From Octopus bimaculoides (Eukaryota): DNA of 64,000 nucleotides. The notes beneath the pieces were generated by a model. That model was not told the DNA's origin. It made no database searches and was given only the letters and a program-made list of their open reading frames with translations. The position numbers were made by a program, and so were the translations under genes. The stretch spans positions 3,636,717-3,700,716 of the forward strand of contig NC_069006.1 of assembly GCF_001194135.2 (NCBI RefSeq), in the 5' to 3' direction. Below are positions 21,655 to 35,625 of this stretch, piece by piece (position 1 is the first letter of the stretch; every line of letters begins with the position of its first letter).

Positions 21655-22131
21655 TCCTCATCTCTTAAATATAGAACTGTATTATCTCATATTATGAAAT
21701 ATTCTTCAGTCTTTTTAAGACATAGTGCTTAACCCATTACCTACCAGTGATCTCATATGAGATCACTTAAAAGTTACAAATTTCATAATTATCTGTCAAC
21801 ATTTACACATATCTAACCTTTTTGCTAGATCTACTAGGTATATTTCTCTGATATTCAAATGAGGTTTGCTAATTTTTCACCCAATATCTCGCTTATTTCT
21901 ATTTAAAATGCTATTTTGAAATGTTATTTTGATCATTCCAGCGTGTTTCTAAGGCTGTTTTATGCTAGAAATCAAAGTTTCATAAAAAAATTCCAGTCAA
22001 TAGAATTATGGGAGGTAATGGGTTAATTGAACAGATTTTTGCTGCTGCCTCTAACAAGTAGAGACTCATATAATTGCTTAATGGCCCAGCACTTACAACA
22101 TATAATTATAATCCAAAATTGTATCCATAGG

Positions 22132-22500
22132 GGCAGGAGAGGCTGTGTGGTAGGTAGCTTACTTACCAACCACATGGTTCCAGGTTCAGTCCCACTGTGT
22201 AGCACCTTGGGCAAATGTTTTCTGCTATAGCCTTGAGCCAACCAAAGCCTTGTGAGTGGATTTGGTAGACAGAAACTGAAAGAAGCCCGTCTATATATAT
22301 GTATGTATATGTTTGTCCCCTCAACATCGCTTGACGACTGATGCTGGTGTGTTTGCATCCTCGTAACTTAGCAGTTTGGCAAAAGTGACCAATAGAATAA
22401 GTACTAGGCTTACAAAGAATAAGTCCTGGGGTCGATTTGCTCGACTAAAGGCGCTGCTCCAGCATGGCCGCAGTCAAATGACTGAAACAAATAAAAAGAA
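22132..22500 (+). mobile_element. tRNA-derived SINE (family 1), near full length
   Basis: GGCTGTGTGGTAGGTAGC...GGTTCAGTCCCACTG head, CCTTGGGCAA core, TTTGGTAGACAGAAACTGAAAGAAGCC block. Related copies lie at about 1936-2095, 16497-16790, 22810-23040, 33660-33790, 35455-35600 and 38780-38920 (+), and about 19325-19510, 19615-19825 and 43690-43830 (-). Confidence 0.75.
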
Positions 22501-23340
22501 GATCCCTGCTTTCCTCAATCTGTACACTTATGGTTCTTCTCCTGATCTTCTCAATCTTTTCTAATTCGAAAAGATACGAGACATCATTCACAACGAAGTG
22601 TTTTACTCGAGTCGTGTCAATTATACTTTCGCAAAGGCATCGGCTGCAGATCAAAAATGGCATTGGTTTATCTGTAGTTTGGTTATTTAATCCCAATTTT
22701 CTTGTTCAGAAAAGTCAACATCTCTCTGGTGCAATTGGTTGGCGTATTTGGCCGTTAACCAAAAGGCTGGTGGTTCATATCCACCAAAGGACATTACGAT
22801 ATCCATTTTGGCTGACTAATGCCTTGTGAGTGACTTTGGTTGATGGAAACTGTGTGGAAGCCCATCGTGTGTCCCTCCCACCACTTGATCATCAGCATTG
22901 GTTTGGTTACGTCACTGTAACACAGCAGTTCAGCAAAACAAACCGATATAAGTACCAGAGTCAATTTGTTCGACTAAAAACGTTCAAAGCGGTGCCCCAG
23001 CATGGCCGTAGACTAACGACAGAGACAAGTAAAAGATACCGTATAAACTGTCCATTAAAAGGGAAAATTATGCTGTTTTTTTGTTTAGAGTTATCTCCCT
23101 TGTCAAATGGCATATTAACGGCAAATTTTATTTCAATTAATTAATAACAATTAAAAATACCTCATCGTATCGTGTACTAATTTTAAAATTGTTCTTGTAA
23201 ACACAGGGAGAAATTTCTTTTCAAACTATAATGCTTTATAGAAAGTTAAAGAAGTGATTTTAAATTCTCAATCACAGAATAATGCTAATAATATAGCCTG
23301 AACAGGATAAACTACCCCTATTTTGCAGAGAAAAGTGTAG

Positions 23341-23417
23341 GTGACTAGCTGTGGACTCGAACTCACATCCCCGTCATTACATGTGACGATGCTTTGACCG
23401 ATTAAGCTAAACTACCC
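23341..23417 (-). pseudogene. tRNA-like sequence (Thr-TGT-like anticodon arm), not a functional tRNA
   Basis: D-arm-like TTTAGCTTAATCGGTCAAAGC, anticodon stem CGTCA/TGACG with loop CATGTAA, T-loop TTCGAGT. The acceptor stem does not pair and position 33 is A. Confidence 0.5.
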
Positions 23418-25033
23418 ACTACAAATTCCTCTGCAAATTAAGATCTATAAATCTCGCTTTACATATAAATTTCATGCTTCTTAACAAAGGAAACTTTAAC
23501 AAGAATTCTTGGCTAAATTTTATGAAGAACGCCAACAATGGTAACAGGTTTCCTCGGTATCACTAGGGCAGGACCTATATATATATAAATTAAAAGGGTA
23601 AAGGATTATCAATTTATTAATTAATAAATCAATTAACAATTAATAATTTTGACCAAGCCCATCGGTATGAAAGCACCATTATTGGTGGAGAACTTATTTA
23701 AAAGCTCATATATATTTATAAATATAATTAAGGGATCAGCAAATATTTGCTTCACCATATACCGAAGTTCAGAAATAGCAGCTAAAAAAGCTGAGAATCC
23801 CACAGATAGCATCACTTGTAACTCACAAAGAAAAAACCATGAAAAACTAACCAATTCCGACGTTATATATATATATATATATCACCATTCATTTAATAGC
23901 TGCTGTCCCATGTTTCTTTGGATCAAATAGAATTTCTTGAAGCAGATTTTTAACAGCAGGTTTCAGATAGTACTTGTATGATGGTGATATCAAGACAAGA
24001 TAACACCAAGTCAAACATAATGGGCTTTCAGTTTCTGTCTACCAAATGCCTTGGTTGGCCTCCAGCAATAATAGAAGACACTTGATCAAAGCCATTTAAA
24101 AAATTCCATTCAGTATGGTGAGTGAATGGTCGATGGTGAAACTTTCAGTAGGAATGGTCATACTGGAAATCTTGAGACAAGTCCCACAGATTGACTAGAA
24201 TAAGTTTTGGCAGGAGGGCATTTGAGGGAGCCTGCAGTGTGAGAAATGAAAAGGGCGGAAGAGTTTTGGAGTTGGTTTGTTTACTTGTATTAGCCATTTA
24301 ATTCCTCATTTCTTAGAATAAATCTCTCTCGAGGGTTGTGTTTTTTTGCAAGATGCACAGTGACCACACTATATGCTAGTGCCGTGATTAAAAAGTGGTT
24401 GACCTAAGGAATGGTATCCAGCTGCAGAAACCATCTGAAAGTAGTGGAGCATGATGCAGTCCTTGGAACAGTAAAATTGTCCAACCCATTTAAACAAGGA
24501 ATATTAAATGAAAGATTGGACTGGAATTAGGAACTTCAATTTCTAATCTGTATGTTGTAATGCTCTTATTAACTTGCAAGTCTTGTATGTACCAAAGTTA
24601 CATTCTTAAAAATCATCACCATTTAACATCAGTTTTTGATGCTGGTGAGCTAGACGACTGGCTTAAGTTCCATTATCTACTTTATAAAATGGTTAATGTT
24701 AGGAAGTACATCCAACTGGAGAAACTATGCCAAAGTGTACTAGATTCTTTATAATGTGGCACCAGCCCCAGTGATGTCACCAAGTAACTCACAAAGTAAA
24801 TTCCCTAAAGTGAGGGTGGGTGTAATAAGTTATAAATATTTACCTTTCAGTAAAAACAGATGAGTGCAACATGTTTGTTGTAATAAGTACAGTGGCAAAC
24901 GTTTCTTCTACAGCATCAAGTGAAAAAGAAACTCCATTTGGAGCATTTGAATATGTATATAATATATAGTAATATGTTGTGTGTACAGTTAGATGTATAA
25001 CTGCTAATGGTGAGTTTAGAGACCCACATAGTG

Positions 25034-25260
25034 CAGCGGTTCTCAGCCAGGGTCCATATAGGATTTAGTTAAAACTTGTGTGCAATAAACTGCTACAATA
25101 CACAAAATATTTTAATTTTTCTATACAATTCCTAACAATATCTAATTATAAACATATTATAGGATTTTTTTAAACATTGAATGGCTACAAGGGTCCATCT
25201 AAGTAAAATAGGAAATCAAAAGGGGTCCATAGGGAAAAATAAAATGGCTGAGAAACACTG
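25034..25260. mobile_element. hAT-type MITE (old)
   Basis: TIRs CAGCGGTTCTCAGCC / GGCTGAGAAACACTG; TSD not recognisable. Confidence 0.6.
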
Positions 25261-28200
25261 ACCGAATATGACCCTCCAGTCTAATTCCAGTAGCAATTGA
25301 TCTGTGTAACATAATGCAATAACGTGGTCACCTGACAAACTGTAGAGGTTAAACATTCAATTACATTCGGAACATCTTCAGCAGACGATGCAAATAATCA
25401 CAAGAATGAGATGCATGCAGTGAATAAATAACATAAGCTGCAACTCGTGTTTTATCAGGTCTCCCATAACACACACACACACACACACGTTAGTTTAGCA
25501 GAAATAAACTGCTTCTGACAGGTGATGAATGTCTAAGCTGGTTTTCAATGCAAACACTAACTGTTGGTTGCCATACACTGCCTTTTTTTTTGTTGTTAAT
25601 TTAGGGAGGAGGAGGGGGGAAGATAGATTTGTCACCATTAAGCTGATGTTTGAAACAAATTAGCATGAAACTCTGATGGAAGGTCTAAATCTATGATCCC
25701 TTTCAAACAGGAAATTTGTCACACAGAACCACACAAAGGGCAGTTTCAGGAATATTGGTATCAAAAGGAGTAAACGTTTTAACCACACAATCTCACCTGT
25801 ACCCGAATATTTACAAAAATTCATGCACAAGCTGCATCTAATTTCATCCTTTAAAAAGTGCAGCGTTCGTATGAGCTTTAAGAGTGTACCATGCATTATT
25901 CAACAATCGATCAGGTTCATATAACTTGGCTTACTCTGAAGAAACATGAGGGAAACTGAGAAAAAAATTAACAAAACAATCTAATGGGAAGGGAAATAAT
26001 TGTCCTTAGGAGATAGGTTATTTCCCTTTATCGAGTAAAACTGTTACTGGTTGAATGCATGATATATGAGGTATTTTAAGTTCGTTGTGTCAACACAATG
26101 CCAAAAACAAGATACTCTACATAGAGGTAGTCGTGTAAGTGGAGATGCATTCATTTATTAAAAAATGTCTGGCCTTGAGTTCAGAAGGTAGGTGCAGTTC
26201 TTTGATCTAATATGGACGAGTGTTCCTTCAGCTATACACAGCCTGCACTTATTTGATACACACACACACCTAAATTTGACTGAAATTGATGGGAGAGTGT
26301 TTGGCCAATCAAATTCGCAAAGAGCCATAAAAGCTTAGATTTGGGAGTTCGATTCTGCCTGAGGTTAGATCATCATTTTTCAGTTATTTGTTTACATTTA
26401 GAAATTGTCGCTTCAAATCGGAGAACAAATATTATTTATGATATATAATTATATACAGTTATTATACTATGAGCCTTCCATAGTAGCTTTTTCTCCGTAA
26501 CTTGCAAAGCCTTTCGGGTTTGTTTATAAAAATATTTGTGTGTGTGTGTGTGTGTGTGTTATATGCAACAAAAGCAGTATTAGATAACAATAATCATCCG
26601 TCTACTTCATAAAAAGGCCAATTAACTGTAGTATTCATCCAGGGCTATCTTTTATGGATGAAGCACAGATGCATCAGTATCAGATGACAATCATCCAGCA
26701 CTATCAGTGACAATGGTAAATGCATATTTCTGCCTCTTGCACTTTGCCAACTGCGTTTTAAGACTATGAACACTGAAACTTTGTAAAATCTACAATTATC
26801 AGTGTAATAATAAAAGAAATATTTGTGAAAACTGTTCAATAATTAATGAAACAAAAATTGTGATTAAGCACACAGGAGGTCCACTTTCACTGGATTGCTT
26901 CCATTCAAATGTAAATAGTTAAATGTATAAAATTCAAGTTTGCTGTTTAACTCTTTTTATAGCAAAATGCTTGATACTACACTTAGTTTGATCGTACCAA
27001 CTTCTGAAACAATTTAAATTAAAACTTACACCAAATTTTAGATGTTAATTTATTCTAGCTTAAATAATGATAAAGTTAAAGTGATCTAAATTTCAACCTT
27101 CCATCAAAATTTCATGTAAATTTGTTCAAGGCATCAGATTAAAAATGAGTTATTTTACTAAATTTTTCATAATATTCAATATGATAAAAGGATTAAGGAA
27201 ATGCTAGCAAGCAGAACTAAATTTTAGTCCTTCCTTGAACCAGGTTAAAAATTTCTCTACTTATCTGGAGCAATTCCCATCTGCTAAACTGACTGGATTT
27301 ACCTACACAACAAAGAAGTTTACACTGGAGACAACATTCATAAAGTTACGGCACCCCTTAGCAGTTGTGGTTTGAACCAACTTTAAATGGAATGTGGAGA
27401 AAGGAAAGATTTAGTAGTTAAAAAATGTTGAATAGTTTTGTAAATTTGGCCAAAATATTCTTCATCAGAAATTAACATAAAAGACACACAGGAGCAATTT
27501 ACCCAGTAAGATGACTCCAAAACAGATTTACATATCGAAACAGGTAATATTACATACACACATAAAAAAAAAAAATAACAAACTCATCTTTTTTTTTTGT
27601 TTTTTTTTTTTACTTTGACATGGACAGTTGTTATGAAATGTGCAGTACAATTCATNNNNNNNNNNNNNNNNNNNNNNNNNNNNNNNNNNNNNNNNNNNNN
27701 NNNNNNNNNNNNNNNNNNNNNNNNNNNNNNNNNNNNNNNNNNNNNNNNNNNNNNNNNNNNNNNNNNNNNNNNNNNNNNNNNNNNNNNNNNNNNNNNNNNN
27801 NNNNNNNNNNNNNNNNNNNNNNNNNNNNNNNNNNNNNNNNNNNNNNNNNNNNNNNNNNNNNNNNNNNNNNNNNNNNNNNNNNNNNNNNNNNNNNNNNNNN
27901 NNNNNNNNNNNNNNNNNNNNNNNNNNNNNNNNNNNNNNNNNNNNNNNNNNNNNNNNNNNNNNNNNNNNNNNNNNNNNNNNNNNNNNNNNNNNNNNNNNNN
28001 NNNNNNNNNNNNNNNNNNNNNNNNNNNNNNNNNNNNNNNNNNNNNNNNNNNNNNNNNNNNNNNNNNNNNNNNNNNNNNNNNNNNNNNNNNNNNNNNNNNN
28101 NNNNNNNNNNNNNNNNNNNNNNNNNNNNNNNNNNNNNNNNNNNNNNNNNNNNNNNNNNNNNNNNNNNNNNNNNNNNNNNNNNNNNNNNNNNNNNNNNNNN

Positions 28201-28626
28201 NNNNNNNNNNNNNNNNNNNNNNNNNNNNNNNNNNNNNNNNNNNNNNNNNNNNNNNNNNNNNNNNNNNNNNNNNNNNNNNNNNNNNNNNNNNNNNNNNNNN
28301 NNNNNNNNNNNNNNNNNNNNNNNNNNNNNNNNNNNNNNNNNNNNNNNNNNNNNNNNNNNNNNNNNNNNNNNNNNNNNNNNNNNNNNNNNNNNNNNNNNNN
28401 NNNNNNNNNNNNNNNNNNNNNNNNNNNNNNNNNNNNNNNNNNNNNNNNNNNNNNNNNNNNNNNNNNNNNNNNNNNNNNNNNNNNNNNNNNNNNNNNNNNN
28501 NNNNNNNNNNNNNNNNNNNNNNNNNNNNNNNNNNNNNNNNNNNNNNNNNNNNNNNNNNNNNNNNNNNNNNNNNNNNNNNNNNNNNNNNNNNNNNNNNNNN
28601 NNNNNNNNNNNNNNNNNNNNNNNNNN

Positions 28627-28693
<67 letters not shown>

Positions 28694-29086
28694 TTAACAT
28701 ACAAAGACACATACATGCACCAGCACGCTCACACACTTAAACTGCCATATGTACAAACACACAGCCCTCTGCAGTAGTTGGCAGCCGCCACTGTCATCCT
28801 CTGCTACTCGCAAAGAATCCACAGATCTAAATGCAACTATTGCAGGTGAGAGAGAGACAGAGAGCAGAGAGAGAGAGAGTTGTTTATCAAGCTCTGCCTT
28901 ACTTCTTTATTCAGAGAGCAGCAAAAAACAATTAAGACTTTTTCTATGAAGGAGAAACCAACTGATGACATAAATGAGGCTTGTTTGTTGACAAATATAC
29001 AAGATGTACATTGAAAATCTATTTACAACAATTTTTATACACCAACCAACAGGTCCCAAAATGGTTTGAGCGTAATGAAGAGAGAT

Positions 29087-29133
<47 letters not shown>

Positions 29134-32038
29134 TGTCAGGTTCCATAAGAAGTGCAGCACCTGTCCAAACAGAGAGGTTCCAACAGTAACTGATATAACA
29201 GGATTAATTTACAGAAGATAGCATCATCTTTGTACAAATTCTCTGTCACTCACGCACGCATGCTTTCTCTGTCTTTCATACACACATAAACATTGGCCTT
29301 CTCTTTTTCAGAGAATTCTTTTTTTTCTTTTTTTTTTTCCCTTAATTCTGTTGTAATGAGAAAGACAACTTTGCTTCTTCCGTTAGTCCACTGGTTTNNN
29401 NNNNNNNNNNNNNNNNNNNNNNNNNNNNNNNNNNNNNNNNNNNNNNNNNNNNNNNNNNNNNNNNNNNNNNNNNNNNNNNNNNNNNNNNNNNNNNNNNNNN
29501 NNNNNNNNNNNNNNNNNNNNNNNNNNNNNNNNNNNNNNNNNNNNNNNNNNNNNNNNNNNNNNNNNNNNNNNNNNNNNNNNNNNNNNNNNNNNNNNNNNNN
29601 NNNNNNNNNNNNNNNNNNNNNNNNNNNNNNNNNNNNNNNNNNNNNNNNNNNNNNNNNNNNNNNNNNNNNNNNNNNNNNNNNNNNNNNNNNNNNNNNNNNN
29701 NNNNNNNNNNNNNNNNNNNNNNNNNNNNNNNNNNNNNNNNNNNNNNNNNNNNNNNNNNNNNNNNNNNNNNNNNNNNNNNNNNNNNNNNNNNNNNNNNNNN
29801 NNNNNNNNNNNNNNNNNNNNNNNNNNNNNNNNNNNNNNNNNNNNNNNNNNNNNNNNNNNNNNNNNNNNNNNNNNNNNNNNNNNNNNNNNNNNNNNNNNNN
29901 NNNNNNNNNNNNNNNNNNNNNNNNNNNNNNNNNNNNNNNNNNNNNNNNNNNNNNNNNNNNNNNNNNNNNNNNNNNNNNNNNNNNNNNNNNNNNNNNNNNN
30001 NNNNNNNNNNNNNNNNNNNNNNNNNNNNNNNNNNNNNNNNNNNNNNNNNNNNNNNNNNNNNNNNNNNNNNNNNNNNNNNNNNNNNNNNNNNNNNNNNNNN
30101 NNNNNNNNNNNNNNNNNNNNNNNNNNNNNNNNNNNNNNNNNNNNNNNNNNNNNNNNNNNNNNNNNNNNNNNNNNNNNNNNNNNNNNNNNNNNNNNNNNNN
30201 NNNNNNGGAGATTAAAACTTGTTGCAAGGGAGGGGAGTGGTGTTTTGAAAAGTTTTTTTTTTTATTATTTCTTTTATTTATATTTTATGTTCATTTTTTT
30301 TTTTGTTCAAATCCATTTATATTTCTTTTTCTATTATTTTCTTCTTTTTTTTTAAATAGCCACGGGAGCCAACTGCCACCCTCTGAAGCATGTCCTTCTT
30401 TTGGGAGAAGCAGCAACAGCTGACCAGCAGCAGGGTAATGAGATCACGTGATAGAAAGGGGGTGGGGTGCACTCAGCCAGCCTACAGTGTCGTTTGACTA
30501 TCACTTCAGCCACTCCCCTCATTTTAATTACAATATATACAACAGTTTGAGGGGCAGGAGAAAGACAGAGAGAGAGAAGAAAAAAACTCTTTAAAATGCC
30601 AAGAAATGAAATAAAAAGTTTGATAAAAGAAAATTTAAAAAAATAGGGAAGATGAGAAAGAAGAGGAACTGATTAGAAGTGGGGGGTGGAGTGGCTGGCA
30701 GGGCACTCTCTCTTTACATACATATACATAGCTTGTGGAGGGGTTGGGGTTTTTTGTTTTTTTTTAAAACATTTTTTTTTCTTCTCTTTCTTTCAATTAT
30801 ATTAATTAAACCAACAAAAATAAAAATCTGAACTAAAATTATTAATGGGTCTAGAAAGGGTTAAAAAAAAAGTTTAAAAATAACTATTGAAAGAAATAGT
30901 TTTGAGAAGTGTGAAGAAAGATTTAGCTGCCTTCCAAGAGCAAAAAAATCCTTGTTTACATAATTCACCTTATTACAAGACTGCTCCGAAGTGTGAGAGA
31001 GAGAGAGAGAGTGAGATATAGAGAGATATACAGAGACTTGTCACATAAAGCAGTGTATGTATGTAATTATTGTCATTAATCTCCCCACAACGACTGGGGC
31101 TTGTAGTACAAGAGGAGGTCGGGTTTGAGCAGCAGTATTGGTTGAAACCCTGGTGGAGTCACTAAATAAAGGGGTGGGGGTCAGTGTGTAACGAGGCAGG
31201 GGGAAGTATTAAATAAATAAAATAAAATTTTGCTTTTTTTGTTTGTTAAAAAAATTCACTTGTAACTTTTGAAAAAAAAATTAAAATTAAAAGAGGGGAG
31301 GGCTTGTTTTGAAGTTTCCCTGTGTATTATAATAATAATATATAAGATCCTGTTGGTCTAGATCTATTCCTCATTCACAAATGTTTTTTTTGTTTTGTTT
31401 TTAATTCCTAAATGATGTACTCATCCTTTAAAGATCTTTGGAAGCGGTATCATTGATAGAAAGTCATCACTGGGAAGACGGAACTCACACACAAACACAC
31501 TTGAGTCCGTTTATCACTTTGGATGAGGATTTCACTGAGAAAATAAAAGTCTAGTTATGCAATCAACAGGGACATCGTCGTCGAGATAATCACGCGACCA
31601 AACTCTTACAGATTTCAGCACTAGATTTTTTTTTTCTTGTCCTTGGTCTCCCCTGTAAATCATCGCCAACTTTTCTTTCCACTGGATATATGAAACGTAT
31701 GCAAAATACAGTGAACATGGTTTGGTTGTAAATATAGAACAGAGAGAAGAGGAGTTGGTTGTAAGTGGTGGTGGTGGTGGTGGTGGTCACCTAATATTGT
31801 CTCCATGACAATTTGGTACAAGAAAGTCAGCAGCTCTCTGCTGATTCTACTGGTGAGATATCCATCACCTCCATATCATATTGTGTGTTGTCATCGTTTT
31901 TGGGCTGATGCTGATTGTTTGTCTGCAGACAACTTTGATGATGGCAACAACAACAACAACAAGAATCACAGCAGGGTACAGCCCCCTCTTCTGATGACTT
32001 TGTGTGGCATGTCAATCCAATATTTGGCCAGAATTCGA

Positions 32039-32167
32039 CTAGACCGTGGTAATCACAATCACAAGATGAGCAAAGTCAGATACTTGGTTCATCAATTCAA
32101 ATCCGGCCTCTCGTAGTTTCAAGCGAGAAAACTCGCATGGTGGGAAAATATGGACGACATAAGCAGG
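32039..32167 (-). CDS. SPEN: SPEN last coding exon, 129 bp including stop (PAYVVHIFPPCEF...HLVIVITTV*)
   Basis: Acceptor ttttttccag|CCTGCT, TAG at 32041-32039; SPOC C-terminus. Confidence 0.95.
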   Translation of the reverse strand, partial: PAYVVHIFPPCEFSRLKLREAGFELMNQVSDFAHLVIVITTV

Positions 32168-33436
32168 CTGGAAAAAAATACAAAAGAGATAATTATTAGA
32201 ATCACAGGCTGAACTAATAAGATTTGTTTTTTTTTTTCTTGGTTCAAAATTAATTCTTATTTTACAAAATGAAGAAATATATAAGTGAGAAGACCCATCA
32301 AGCCAAGTAAAATTGTAGTCGTGGCAGATACTGGTGTCATGCAAATGGTACAGGTGCCGGTGACATGTAAAAGCACCCATTACACTCTAGGAGAGGAAAC
32401 CATGCCAAATCAGACACCAGTCTGATATAGCCTGGTCAAAATTACTTTCTAAATATAATTTAAAAAATTTTTTTTTTTAATTTTTCCAGTTTTATTTTAC
32501 CTTTTTGCATTTTTATAATGCTCAGGATGCAGGTATAATAGTCTGAATTATATCAACATTTACAATTTTCCCACCCTGTCATTTCATTTGTATCATATAA
32601 TCAATCAACCTCCAAATTTTTATGTATATTTATTTATAATGTATATTTAATATAATTTGTAAAGTGTATGTACTGTGTATGCATGAGTTTGTATGTTCTT
32701 AGAGCTTTTTTAGAGTCTGTATATATGATGTAATTTCAACTTTTCTTTTATATTTTTTTCGTACTTTTCATGTTCATCCGTGCATTTATAGTTTTTTTTA
32801 AAATTACATTTCTATTAGCTCTTTATGTTCTCAGTTCAAATCCTCTTGAAGTCAACTTTGGCCTTTCATCCTTTATGAGTTGATAATACTAATCATGTAC
32901 TGGAGTTGCCTTGCAGTTTTTCTTTCAGTACTTTACATTCTGAGTTCAAATCCTGCCAAAGTCAACTTTGCCTTTCATCCTTTTGGGCGTCAATAAAATA
33001 AAGAACCAGTCAAGTATTAAGGGTCTCCCTTAAAATTTCTGGCCTTGGGGTTAAATCAGACAATATTTCCACCCTTCTCCTTCAGTCATCCATTATCACT
33101 ATATTTTACCAATTATCATCAATTTGCCACTAATTACAGCTGAAGGGATTTGTGTAAATTACAAAGCACAAAAGAAATAAAATGTGTTGTAAAAAAGTAT
33201 ACCTGCTGAGATTCTGGGTTGGACACATTAACGATTCCAGCAGCTTGCTTACTGCTCAGGTAACTTATAAAACCATTGTTCAGAGCTCTAGTTTGGTGCA
33301 TTATTTCAAAATGGTCTTGGCCATTAGGCAGGGCCAACAGCATACAATACTCTTCTGTCAACTGAAACAAACATCAAACAATAACACATTAAACCTGATA
33401 TTTTTTATCCTCTTCCACATACATACATACATCAAT

Positions 33437-33481
<45 letters not shown>

Positions 33482-35592
33482 GAGGCATGTCCTATACAGC
33501 CATGCTCCCCACTCCCTCTCTCAGCTGAAAGTCCGTCTTGTGGGCTCACAGGTGCCAGTACCACATAGAAAGCACCCATGCCAGTGTCACATATAAAGCA
33601 AATGTGCTGGTGCCCTCTGTAAAGCATGCATGCACACACACCACTCAGGCTCCAAAACTACATGGTTTTGGGTTTAGTCCCAGTGTGACCCCCTTGGGCA
33701 AGTGTCTTCTACTACAGCCTTGGGTCAATCAAAACCTTGTGAGTAGAGGCTTGGAAACTAAACGAAGCCCATCATGTGTGTGTTTAAATTTATATCTCCC
33801 TGTCTTGATGTTGCATGATAGTCGTAAATGAGTGTCACTGTCACACAAGCGGTGTCCTTCATTTCCAATATTCTGAGAAAACATGTTCGATCATGGGGGA
33901 ATACTATCTTGCTTGGAAAGAAGGGTTGGTGACAAGACGGGCATCCAGCCATACAAAATTTTCCACAGTAAACTCCATCTCACCCATGCCAGCATGGAAA
34001 GGTAGACATTAAAACACACACAAAATTTATAATTTTTGCATGGATACAGCTGCTAGTTATAATGTGTTGGATACTGCAATTTATAATACACATGCACTGA
34101 CCACTTTACAGAATGTACTGGATGTTTTTTTCCCACCATGACACAAGCACTATCATGTCTTTGACAAGACTAAACATTCCTCACACTGACACAACCCACA
34201 TCTCTTGCACGTGAGCTGCACATTGGCAGACTTATCCACTCAACCCATTCACCTGTCAATGTCACTTACCTGCATCCGTTTTGCCACTCCTTCAACCTGG
34301 ATAGGCTCAAGGCGCATCCGTTGGCTTATTCGTAGTGGTTGCATGGTGCAGTCTGAAGCTAGCTGTGGCATAGATGGTGCTATCAACTGCCTATTTCCTG
34401 ACATTAGGTGCATCTGCACAACTACATTATCGTTTTTCAATGCCAGAAGCCCTTGCCACATTATTTCATATTTCTGTAAGGAAAGAGGAAAACAGTTTTA
34501 GGTTAGATTACAAATATCAGACAAGCCATACATGGCACAACTTGAGTTGTGGAACTCCAGTATATTACACGTAGAAAAAGTCTCTTTACAACATGGTCAC
34601 TTGACTTGACATAAACAGCAGCCAGTCTCTATAGAATCGCATTCTTCCATTTTTAAAATGGAAGGAAGGACACATTCAATTATATAGTCCAAGTTGAGTA
34701 TGGCTGCAATGTCTGATCATGTGGTGCACTTAAATCAGGATTGGCCTGAGATTAAACAATAACTACAACAGAACCTTAAATAAAACAGAAACTTCAAATA
34801 TTAACCCTTTAGCACTCAGATTTATTTGCCAAATTTGATACTTATTAATTCACGCTGATTTTGTATTAATCATGAATTATTTCCTACTTCAAGATTTCAA
34901 TGATGTCATTGTTTATATTTAGAATGACATTGTAGGGTAGCTGTGAGAGGCCAGATCTGGCCAGTTTGAATATAAAATAGGTAGAATATTTAGGCCAGTT
35001 TTAATGCTAAAAGGTTTAACTCACAATAGGATGAAACATCACAGAGTCAAGGATCTTCTCAAACACATCAAAGCTGCATAATCAGAACTGATCTGGCACT
35101 ACACAATACACTACATCTTCAACTATGCTAATAATATCTTTAATAATGCTTTTCTAAAAGGAATCAACCATTTTGTGTGTTAATTAGAGACATGTAACCA
35201 TCACCAGGTTGTGGTCAGAGACTGGTGACCATCACTTGGTAGTGTGCAAAAAACATAACCATGCCTAGAGTATGTAACTATAACAAAGTAGTATGCTATA
35301 GTGACAGGTAACTAAATGATTATTAATTAACTAATTAACATTTCACCTACCTTCTGTGTAAACGAAACTTCATGAATCATCTGGAAAAAAGAAAGATTTA
35401 AAGTTAATTTTATACCACAGTGATGACAAAGAATTGAACATTAAATTTAACGACTGTGTGGTTAAGAAGCTTGTTTCCCAATTGTAAAGGTCTTGGGTTC
35501 AGTCCCACTGTGCAGCACCTTGGGCAAATGACTTTTATAACATTTGACACACCAAAGGTGTTTGAGTAGATCTGGGAAATGGAAACTTAAAG

Positions 35593-35625
<33 letters not shown>

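Noticed and set aside
30443-30452. ATCACGTGAT palindrome (E-box/CLEAR-like)
   Set aside because: A single 10-mer in a probable 3' UTR; expected by chance in 64 kb and no supporting context.
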